A stretch of DNA of 64,000 nt, filler included, from Sphacelaria rigidula (lineage: Eukaryota): NCBI GenBank assembly GCA_964200075.2. It is 8 parts of 8 records of this genome, joined end to end, with 100 filler letters (N's around TTAATTAATTAA, not from the genome) between each part and the next. Parts side by side here need not be neighbours in the genome. Positions count along the whole stretch, not along the records: positions 48,085 to 55,998 come from CAXNAA020012995.1; positions 56,099 to 64,000 come from CAXNAA020013040.1; 6 more parts are not named here. The stretch is one strand, 5' to 3'. A program made the position numbers and the translations under genes. Below the pieces are notes generated by a model. It saw nothing but the letters and a program-made list of their open reading frames with translations. It did not search any database and was not told where the DNA came from. Below, piece by piece: positions 53,430-64,000 of this stretch. Position 1 is the stretch's first letter; each line of letters opens with the position of its first letter.

Positions 53430-54408
53430 GTTCGTCGAGTTCGGCGTTGCCAAACACGGAAAATAATGCTCAAATTCGTTCCGAAAATTCGGGGACAGGC
53501 CAACTTTATCCTCGAATTGACTCTTTTCCCTCTTTGGTGTCGGAAAGTGATGCATTGTGAGGCATTGTGATGCATTGTGATGCATTGTGATGCGTAGAGG
53601 TTTGTGCTAGAGAAAAACATCTGGAACGTCCTTGCTCTAGGTAATCCATTTTCGCAGTCATTGTTGATTTCTGGTGGTGAGGGGGCATCACTCAACGTGC
53701 GTCATAGTACCTTAATCGTAACCCATGAACACCAAATTTTGGGAGATTACTGTCAAAACGTATTTCGATGGGTTCATGGAGGAAAAGAAAAAAACGTTTT
53801 CGTCGAGGACGGCGTTACCAAACACAGACTTAATGGCGAAATTTGTTCCGAATACTAGGGAGTAGGCCATTTGCATCCCCGCATTACTATTTTTTTTGCA
53901 AAACGGACCGCCCTAGTGCCATACACATTTGTACCAAAGGAGAAGGCCTGAAACGTCCCAGCGGTTCCATTTTCGTAGTCATTATTGCTTTCTGATGAAG
54001 AATGAGTGATGAGGGGGCACCACTCAACGTGCGTAATGGAGTACCTTCAAAACCGATGAACACCAAACTTCGGGAGATTACTATTAAAACGTACTTCAAT
54101 GGGTTGAAAAAGAAGGAAAAAAGAAATAGTTTTGGTCGAGTACGGCGTTGCCAAACACCGAATTAACCCTCAGACCGCGAGGTTCGTCTTCTGTTGAATC
54201 GGCATCAATTTAAAGTGAAAAAAAGTATGCATGATCCAGAAAGACTAGTCTCGCGGTCCAAGGGTTAATTGCGAAATTTGTTCCGAAAAACAGAGGATGG
54301 AAGATTTTCATCTCCGCATTAATTTTTCTGCTCTTTTTTCTCTTGAAAACGAACCGCACTAATCTCATAGACATTTGTACCAGAGAAAAACGTCTGAGAC
54401 GTCCAAGG
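53430..54408. repeat. Degenerate ~335-370-bp tandem repeat, about 3 units
   Basis: gtcgag..cggcgtt.ccaaacac..aaatt.gttccgaa at ~53434, ~53802 and ~54135; gagggggca.cactcaacgtgcgt occurs twice. Confidence 0.8.
54167..54264. mobile_element. 98-bp piggyBac-type MITE
   Basis: TTAA|ccctcagaccgcgag..ctcgcggtccaaggg|TTAA; the paralogous repeat unit (~53830) has a single TTAA, i.e. an empty site. Confidence 0.88.
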
Positions 54409-55699
54409 TCGCGAGAAATCAACTGCTGCGTAGAGTGTACTGTGATTGAAACAGGGGGTGTTTTGGCCGCATTTTTATGCCAATAGCGCCATACTCCACA
54501 TCTACTCCTGCAACTTGGTTTGATTATTTTTCAATTTTGAAAAGCTTGGGTGATGGAGGATCAAATTGTCCCTCTCCGGATACTCTTGAGCATTGTTGTA
54601 CGTGTCGTGATTCCCACAAACCAGAGTTTTTCCCGTCAGGTGCCTTAAGCGTACCTTCATTGGGACATGTACCTCTTAAGTATTGAATTGCGAAAGGGCC
54701 GTTTAGAAACCGGTTCGGTGAAAATTCGAAACAGTTTTTTGTAGGCAACATGCAGGCCCACGTTTGGTGCTTGTGTATTGAAATTTTGTGTGGGACCTCG
54801 CTAGGGCACAAAAACCCAACCAAAGTGGGTCAGGGTGTTCTATTTTGTTTTTTCCCCTGGTTCAAAGCGTTTTAGTATGGTAACGACCATTTTTTTACGA
54901 GAACGCCCGAACCTCTCCCAGAAACACAAAATGAAGGCCTATTTTTCTGTTTTCAGCATACCTTATCCCCGCGTGCTGCCAGTCTTGGCTTGTTCGCATC
55001 CTTCTCTCCTCACGGAGAGTCTGCTGCTGCTGCATATCACAGATGATTTTTTTTAATGGCTCACCACTTTGAATGGGATTTGAATGTAATCTAAGACTTT
55101 TAGGTCCTCAATGTGAGGGGTCACATTTCCTACAATTTCCCGGGCTTCGTTGCTTCCGCATTTCTCTTCACCTACGTTCCCTCTTTCTATTTCCAGCTCT
55201 CTCAACCGCTCCCCGATTATTTCCCCTCAGTGTTATGTAGTAGCAGCTTGGTGCTTTGCTTCGTTAAGGCCCATGTGTAAGAGCTCACGCCCAGATAATG
55301 GTCTGAAATAGCTTGAACAACGTTTTCGTGAGATCAAGAGTAGAGGATACGATTGAGAGTGAGGAGCGGTCAATTAGGTCATACATCGTTTCAGTTCCAA
55401 AACGCCCCTCCACGAGGCCCTATATGCTTTCTGTAGTAGCTTGCCACGAAGGCCCTCCATATCCCTGAGTAGAAAATCGACGTGTAGCTGTGAGCCACGC
55501 CAGTGATGGAGGCAAAGAAAAGCACACACGGCACGAAAAATTGGCTACGTTACAGCGAAAGACCAAAGCCACTCTCAATCAGCGCTCTACTCTCAATGTC
55601 ACAAAACTTTGTTTTTGGCGCTTTAGTTTTTGTGTTGTGTGCGATTCTGGGTACGTGTTTTTTTGCGCACAGCAAGGGACACCATCTTTTTCCAACTTC

Positions 55700-55998
55700 G
55701 ACGCTTTCCACGATAGCCCCCCTCCCCCCCCAAAAAAAAAACAGCCCAAAAGTGTCATGGACAAAATGGTCATACAGCGCCTGATGTTCGGGTTCAGGCT
55801 GTATGAAGCGCCTCATATGGGCGACGTTGGCGAGAACGAACCCAAGCATGGGAATTCCCAGCTGCTTGTTGTGCTCGCCTTTTTCCATTTCGATTTACGT
55901 GAACATTTTGCCTCCCCGAACCAGGCACTGTGAGGGGGGGGGTGTACTCATGATCATGCATGCCATAGTCATAAGACCATTGACCTCGCATCCCTACA
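55700..55998. mobile_element. Chimeric MITE: inverted copy of the 47422 family joined at a G-run to the body of the 25032 family
   Basis: gacgctttccacgatagccc..gcctccccgaaccaggcactgtga-gggggggg-tgtactcatgatc..gaccattgacctcgcatccc. Confidence 0.7.
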
Positions 55999-56098
55999 NN
56001 NNNNNNNNNNNNNNNNNNNNNNNNNNNNNNNNNNNNNNNNNNTTAATTAATTAANNNNNNNNNNNNNNNNNNNNNNNNNNNNNNNNNNNNNNNNNNNN

Positions 56099-59000
56099 TG
56101 AGGAGAGCAGACAGCAAAGATCGCTTATCCAACTGCTGCATGAGTCCCCAGCTGTGGTGCAAGAGTGCAGCCTTGTCTGTCTTGTATTGCGTCGACCCTG
56201 ACCGCGTCCGCCCTGGCTGCCGGGGATCTGTTTCCAGATCCAGCTCCTTCCTCACGTTGATTGGAAGCGGCGAGAAAGAATGGTCCATCACTTCAGGGGC
56301 GGATGATGCATCGCGCGACGCAGTCGAAGAAGATGCTGACGGTATCGGGGACGGGATCGGGGCCGAAGAGCCGGAGAAGATCGGCGGGGATGTCGGCGGC
56401 GATCGATGCATCTGCGGAGTGGACGGATCCGTCGGCGGCGGTAGTGCCGGCTGAGTCGGCGGAGTCGGCGGGTGCGGCGGCGGCGGCGGCTCGAACTCCA
56501 CTGTGTAATATGTCGGCGGGAGGAGCGGTGTGGCGACGGCGGCGGCGGTGCTGCCATGAACCTCCTTCCCCCCGACGAGCGGCGTTTGGACCTCCCCCCC
56601 CCCGGCGAGCGGCGTCCCGTGATGTTGCTCTGCTGACGGCGCGGCGGCGGCGGCGACGGTACTGGAATGGGCCTCCTCCCCCCCGACGATCGGCGTTGCC
56701 GATAACTGCAGTGGCACACGCGGTACCGTCCAGACAACGTTGTTGGTGGAGCAGACGGCACCGGTAGCAGCCTTCAGGACCTTGACCGTCGATGAAGAAT
56801 GGTTACTGCCATTATTGAGGTAATAGCAGGCCACGGACTGAGCATCCATCTTGCCTCGGCGGTTGACCCACATCATGCCGGGTTGCAGAAACGGCACAAT
56901 CTGTAGTGGCGGGCGCTTGCCGGTGAACACTTCATACGGCGACAGTCTTCCCGGGTTCGCCGTAGTAGCGGAACGATTGAACCCGTCCGCTGCCCACACC
57001 GCGGCCTCCAGCCACAGGCGCTCCATGTTCTCCCCCAGGTGAGGTATGTCGTCGAAGCGGCACTCCGGGAACAGACGTCGCGCTTCAAGACGGGCGGCGT
57101 GGCCCCCCTTCATCACCCTCCAAATTGCATTTTCCACGACAGCGTTTTGCTTGGGGGTGTCTAGGGCAGTGTATTCACGACGAATCGTTGCATCGTCGCA
57201 GAAGGCACCGAAATCGTGGGAGGTGAATTCGCCCCCGTTGTCCATACGAAAACAACCGGGGGTACCGATGGCGCTGACGTCGGCGATGAAACGTTTCACC
57301 TTCGCCAGCGTGTCCGACTTGCGTGCGAGGCCATAAAACATCATGAAGCGCGACTTGCTGTCAACGCAGCCCAACATATGAGTTGAAGCGCCCAAAGTAC
57401 GAGGGTGTGGACAGGTGAGGTCGAGATGCACCCTGCCTAGTACAGTCGTTGCACTCGTTCCCAGGCTTCTCGGAATACCTGCTCTCTGTCCCTTTGCTTC
57501 CAAACACCCAGCACATGGCGCTAGTACCCCCGTCAATAAAATTCCCTGTTGTTTTGCAGTTTCTCTGAGTAACGTCTCATGAAGGTGGGGGAGGGAAACG
57601 TGAACAAAATTAGTGTCGACTTCTTTCTTTGGTTTCCCAACTGAAAATGGGTGAGGGCTGGGGGCAAGAATAGCAAGGGCAATCCCGTTTTTAGACACAA
57701 CTCCCATTTCTTCACTCATGAAACGCGGAAAAAAATCTTGGGGGGGGTCGTGTCGAATCCAGCCATCAGGGCTTCATCCTTGAAAATACGTCTGGACAGT
57801 GAAGCCCTTGTACTGCACGGAAAGAACCAACACCATTCGTGGGAGCAGGTACAAAGCTTGCCGGTGAAGCTGACTGAAAACCAACACTCGGAGTTACCAC
57901 GTTCGCCGGAGGAACGGACTGGACACGGATGCTTGGAGGGGGGGCAGTTACAACGTTTGCAGCTGGTAAAGCGGACTGTACACCAACACTTGGAGTTACT
58001 ACGTTCGCCGGAGGAACGGACTGGACACGAACGCTTGGGGGAGGGGCAGTTACAACGCTTGCAGCTGGTAAAGCAAGTGGGGGGTTCTCATATGTTGGCG
58101 GTAAACGTGTAGCCCTTTGTGACGAAGACCGCTCATTGCGATCGAAGCGAAGCCTACCGTCAAACATATGTACTCCTGTTTCAGTTGAGAGTACATCACG
58201 CTTCTTCTGCACTTGGTGCAGAGAAAAAAGGTTGAAGTGTATTCCTTCAAGTACGTAAACGTCAGTCAGTTGCACGCAAAACTCTGCGGACGCACCGATA
58301 GATGTCGGGGCGGTGGAATTTCCCATGTGGAATTTGAGCTTCAAACTCCCTACTGCTCTGACGGGGAAAATTGTTCTGTTCCTCACAATCACGTGCTCAT
58401 TTCCTCTGGGGGGGGCGTAAATCAAACATACCAACCATGGACCCAGTGGTATGGTGGGAAGCACCATTATCACTTATCCACTCCTCTGTACCATCATCCA
58501 CATCAAACCCCGACCCACTCTGCTTAAGCAAAGCAACCCCCAAAGTAAAATCACCCAACTCAAAACGTGACTCACCATGGGACACAGAGTGTGCCATGCA
58601 CAGGTGAAGCGGCGCAGGGGATGCAGCTGAACCGGAGGAAGACAGGTTGGAATCAGGTTGGGCATGATGAGGTTGTTATTGCTGTTGCTGCAGTTGATGG
58701 TGTTGAAGTCGAAGTTCAACTTGCTGCGGTGATGACTGGATCTGGTTGTTGGTGGCAGCTGCGGAGAATTGCGGAGGGTTGCGGGGAAACTAAATACAGT
58801 GCGCATAACCTGCACCGCTGAAGTCGCTGCTGTCTTTCAACACCCATTCCACTGTCTTCATCTGTTCCATTCCACTGTTGCTCGTCGTGGCTGCCCTCTT
58901 CGTACCCCCCTTGGTCACCGTAAAGTTGCACGGTGTTGATCGATCCGTAGGAATGAGTCCAGGGGGGGGGGGCTGCTGTCCTCCGTGACGAGGTTGATTT

Positions 59001-60720
59001 TGGGTTGAATGCGCATGACGTACCCCCGAATCGACTTGCGGCGTCACTACTCTACGCTATGGGCAAAACGTATGCGTGTGGCCCAGTTCGTCGCATGTGA
59101 TGCATCGTTTACGGGGGTCGGCGTGGTGAATTCGGGGTTCACTACCCACAGGGCGGTATAGACCATCAGGATAAGCTGAATAGTCATAGTCACCTTGCGG
59201 CGCGTCATAATACGGAAGTTGGCTGCCGGGATGAGCATTCCCACCCCCGCGCCCCGCAGCACCGTACCTGTGACCAAATCCACGCCTTGCGCCCCGTCCT
59301 CCACGTCTCGCTTGCTGCTGATGCTGCTGGGGTTGCTGGCGTTGTTGCTGCTGTTGTTGTTGCTGAGTGAGCTGCGGTGACTGGGTGAGAATCATACCGC
59401 GTCCAGTTTCAACTTGTCCTCCAAAACTGTCTGTACTATGGTATTGCTGCTGGCGAACACCATTCCACGCACCACGATCACCACGACTTTCTTGTGCGTG
59501 CATGTTTCGTTGTGCGTAACAGATAGTCATCGTGATGGGTCGTATTGTGGAAATGACAAGAAACATCACCCTGTTGAAGAAAGTCTCTCACCGCCCTGTT
59601 GTCGTCCATTTTGCAGCACGCCCCCACCTCTGCCACCCCCAGTGGCAGCGACGAGCGCGTGGCCTTGTACCCCATCCTGATTCCTTCCTGCCCTACTCCT
59701 GGCCAGTTCCATCTCACCATGCGCCGTCATCACCTTGCGCTCCAGGGTATCTGTAGTAACTTCATCAAAAGCAAGCAATACACCACGGACGATGTCGAAG
59801 TCACTTGAGAGGCGGCATATGTAGTGCCGATTTACATCTGCATCTGACATCACTACTCCAAGCTTAGTACGTTTGTACCGTATCAGTTTTGTTCTATCTA
59901 GACACAAACGGGGGTCCTCTCCCAAGTTCATGTCAAGGGTCTGCCATGCATGGTCCAACTGTGCCCTTTCTGTGGTTGGGGATACGATGTAGTAGCCCAC
60001 AACGTATTTCCATCCCTCGCTGGGGTTACCCAGTCTTACTAACTGTTGCACAAGCGGATTGAAAATGATTTTTCGACTAGTATGCTCCATGCTCTGCTGG
60101 CCTTCCCTACCAACTCGGTTCCGTACCTCTCGATCAAATCCCGCTCACTGTCGTAATGTATCCTAATTGGAAAAGATATGTAAAGAGCCTCTTCGCAGAG
60201 CTCTTGCTTAAAGTACGCTGTCATCTGTAGCTTAAAAACCATGAACTTCTCTCTTGCATCCTCACCACTCTTTGCCGTACCATCCCACGCTACAATACTA
60301 TTATGCGAACGTACCCTCAAAATGCCAGTCTGTACCACCTGGGCTTGACCCTGTGTATGCCGGAGTGCGTCTCGAACGTCTTGAAATGCTGCTGTAGTAG
60401 TCGTAGGTTGGAATCGTTGCTGGGGGGGCGTAGCTCTTGTTGCTGACGCGCGCGCTGCCAGTCTTAGATCCTCTTCCTGTGCTTGACTTTGTTGTCGCAG
60501 TTCTTCTTTCTGTTCCTCTTGCTCCTGGACGTACCCTGTTAGTATCTCCCTCACCGCGTCTGGGTCGCCATCTTGTATCTTGGTCATAATGTTGTCTACT
60601 TGATTTCCGGAGTCCATTTTTTATGTCTGAATAAACCCTGAAGTTGCCTGTGCGGAGCGTAGCCTAATCGCTAGCATAAGGGCTGAATCTACTACTCAGC
60701 GCTGGGGTCCATTTGTAAGA
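56099..60720 (-). mobile_element. Ty1/copia LTR retrotransposon, degenerate gag-protease-integrase portion; RT/RNaseH would lie beyond the contig end
   Basis: gag-like ORFs 60617-59566; zinc knuckle CITCDELGHTHTFCP (~59100); protease WISDNGASHHTTG (~58480); integrase H..H..CAGC, VHLDL, FRMDNGGEF, TPKQNAVVE, LWLEAA. PR-then-IN order; several frameshifts and stops. Confidence 0.92.
57880..58075. repeat. 102-bp in-frame tandem duplication within the copia PR-IN linker
   Basis: ggagttac.acgttcgccggaggaacggactggacacg at 57890 and 57992. Confidence 0.85.
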
Positions 60721-63700
60721 AAAGGTCGTGGGACCTCTGTTGTTGAATTGGTTCCCTTGTTGATTAATGTATATTTTACTCTCCACCAAAACGTAAACAT
60801 CCNNNNNNNNNCACGCGACTTGGCGTGTGCCCCTCAACGGATCCTCGCTGCAACCAACAAATCGGGTATACCATTCATAATATAACTTCATCTCATTACT
60901 TGTCATTCACCCATATGTCCTGGTCCAATCATAAAATTCATTTCCCTCGCATCCAGGCCTGCTCACATGTATCCATCATTGAGTGTGAGTATATTCGATT
61001 ATGCGGGTCCTATATGTTCCCGTGATCCGGGGGAACACTCTGGGTCGGTATAGTATTGTCCTTGTGTGTTCTGATTTGATTGATAGATTCTGGAAGCACA
61101 CCTGGTGTGTACGCTCAGAACAATAACGCAAGTGCGTAGACAAATTTGTGGCGCGAACACAAGACGACGGCCGACATATTGTACAGGGATGAACGCAGGC
61201 ACACAGACGGGAGACACTCAACAAAAGATACACATTTAGGGGTGTGCCTTTGGTCCGAATCTCCATCATCAGTGGGTGACCATTCATATCTAATGGATAG
61301 GGTGTAATCTTGCGGGCACGCTCATTGAATTTACACAGTAAAGGGACGACCTGATATTTAGATGAGGGCGATTCGAAGATAGGCCATGATCATAGGTTCG
61401 GCTGCTGTACTTCTCACATTTTTGTCAGATAGACGAATACTCTGCAACCGCTGGGGCATCGACGCACAGTTCAGGCAGGTCTGAAAATTCACACTCGGAC
61501 TTTGGGCAGGCTCTCTTCTGGCATCTTGCGGGATCGTCTCGAGGGTCGGGCTTCAGCTATTTCCCAACATCTGTTTGTCTAGTACATGGAATGCTAACGC
61601 CCCGCATCAGCATGAAGCTTGCCTCGAGCCACGCTTCTCGAGACCTTGCTATATCTCGCGCGAAGTAATAACAGGGACATGGTAACGGTCAGGTACACCT
61701 GAGCGCTTTTACAACAATTGAGGGTACAGGTACAGCTCCGTAGCAATACAAAATACCCGAAAATGCGGCTGTATAGTTCGCCGAGGAGGCGGAACACCTC
61801 AACACGGCCTAAATGCAGCAGACGTACTTGAAATTATCTACTCTCCCCCACGATCGTACCCGAAAATCTGAGAGTACCCGAGATTATCCAAATCGGTACC
61901 GAAAGTTCGCTCGGTATGTGTAGGGCGAATTTTAACTTAGGCACAGAGAAACACGTGTTCTGCCTTTTTGCCGCGAACGTGTCGTACCCAGCAAGTTGGA
62001 CACCCACGGAATATCGTGTCTCAACACGTCGGACGATGAACCCCCCGGACGCAAGAAGGCGGCAGTCCCGAATTTTTCTGCATATTCGGTTCCCCGCTAA
62101 TGTCAGGAGCCGCTTCTGTCGTGTCGTTGTCTCCCATGTTTCCTTCTTCTCAACTCCAAAGAGAGCCTATTATTCTGCTTCTTTACTCCCACTATTTGAT
62201 CCAAGTGCACTCCCTGAGCGTAATTCGCGTTCAGAGTTACTCGCGAACTGGTGACAGCCGGTGCAGTGTAGATCATCCCGTACTCTGCACAGTGATAAAT
62301 CGGCCACGACACTACAGCCACTGTGCTACCAAAATGCAGTAGTGCTGCGCTGTACTGGGGACACGCCCTTCTCACTGCAAGCTCAAAACCGTGAGGATAG
62401 AATACCGCTATTCGTCAAGCTCGCCCACCAGGGGCGACACTTGCGCGTGCGTACGCGTGTTTGTTGGCTGATCGTCGTCGGCGTGCTTCGCGAGTCATAG
62501 CACGAGGTGACTCGAACTCCTACAGACGACAGTATAGTGCCATGCTCTATACCGGGCAATGCCCGACGCAGTATAGACACAGCAGAGTGCAAAGTATAGG
62601 ACTGTCTACGCTGTGCTGGGGATGGCACCGAGCCAGTTCTCGCCAGTTGGGAGTGTCACTTAACGCGACTCATTTTTCCTGCTGCACTCAGATCAGAGAT
62701 GGGGACTAGCGAGGTAGCAGAACCAATCATCTTGGGAGTCCACGAGGAGGAAACATGCGGAGCAGAGATGCGGCAGAAGCGGCTCTTGACATTCGCAGAG
62801 AACCCAACATGAGGGGGGAAAGAGTCGGGTGTGCCGCCTCCTTGCGCGTGGGAGGTTCATTGTTCAAAATGTGTTGGAAGGAGGGAACTTCCTGCGATGT
62901 GGCATGTGCGGGGAAGGAGACATTCGCGGAGAGGCGGCAAAATACGTGAATCCTTGTGTACGATATTCATCTCACAGGTGCCCAGCGGAATTCCGGTATA
63001 GTTTCTCGCCCCTTTCAGGTACTCTTGAACTTCCGGGTACAGTTGTGGGCGAAAGTGGGCAGTTGCAGGTACATCCGCTGTATTTTCGGTCGTGTTGAGA
63101 TGCTTCACCTCCTGGGACAATCAGATGGTTGCCTCTAGTGCATTTCATGTTTGTATCGAGCTGTGGCTGAAGATGTTCGAAAGGTGCTCAGGTATGCCGG
63201 AAGGTGACCATTCCTTTTCGTAAAAGACTTGTGCTGCTCCGCCCCTGTTTTCCAAAGATAACATCTGGATGCATGCTCAACCGCAGACGAAACCACTGCG
63301 GGTCTGACCGCGTGCACTGTCACCTCGCCATGGAGAGGGAGATGTCATACAAGGATTGGGCAAATGGCGCACCTTCGCGTGAATATTTCATTTACATGCA
63401 TTTGGCTCCACCCACGATGGTTCACAGCTAACACAGTGATCAAAGATTGCCCCTGAATTGGTCGCAATATATTGATATTGACCAGTACGTATCGGTCTCA
63501 ATACACAGCCCTATCAGTACCACATTCTACCGAAGCACGTACCCCAATTATACACGTTATCGACGCACTCCGGAGGTTCCTGGATGTCGGTTCAGATCAG
63601 TTGAAAACAATTGCGCTGCTGGGTGCTGACCCATCCCCTGGAATCATACACAACGATGATATTGGGGGGGCATTGGTAGATAGTAACGATACTTGGTACC

Positions 63701-64000
63701 GTGCAAAGAGAGCGAACATGTACTTTGCGCCATCTATGTACAGCAAAGAACAGGCTAGTTGTACAGAAAGATTAATAATGCTAACTGCAGCTGATTTACG
63801 ATACTGGTACTTTTGGTTGTTCCAGGATCCGAGTGGTTCGCTCAGAAACCATGTCTCCTGGCATGGCGCCGAGAAAACAGTGCCCGCCAACTCCGTCAAA
63901 GTCCAAGCAGAGAGGCCTACTTAGTACATGCAGCCTACGCGCAGGCAGCACAGAGCAAGTGACAGAACATACTATCGGAAGCACATAACGGATCATCAGC

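Noticed and set aside
62690-63924. Possible exons or decayed TE ORF (e.g. 63472-63924)
   Set aside because: No family recognised; stops interrupt the candidate frames.

Overview
Repeat-rich eukaryotic DNA, most likely from a brown alga (Phaeophyceae). This rests on EsV-1-7 repeats, long GT-AG introns and TTAGGG-type telomeric units. The window is not one locus: identical 100-nt spacers (N..TTAATTAATTAA..N) recur every 8014 bp, so it is eight roughly 7.9-kb contigs concatenated. Host genes are an EsV-1-7 repeat pseudogene, a 3-exon secreted F5/8C-CBM32-like protein and three internal exons of a URC4/DUF1688 gene. Mobile DNA dominates. It includes a decayed ~5-kb AcademX-like transposase-XPG/PIN fusion, a Ty1/copia gag-PR-IN segment and an intron-containing pogo-like transposase relic. 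There are also several MITE families: one group with 4-bp TSDs sharing a GA-N6-CTACGRTAG end code, a TGT..ACA family with 5-bp TSDs carrying telomeric repeats, a TTAA piggyBac-type MITE and a long foldback. tRNA-derived SINE-like repeats and a 7.3-kb strand-asymmetric tetranucleotide satellite complete the window. All family assignments come from motifs recognised by eye; no searches were run.
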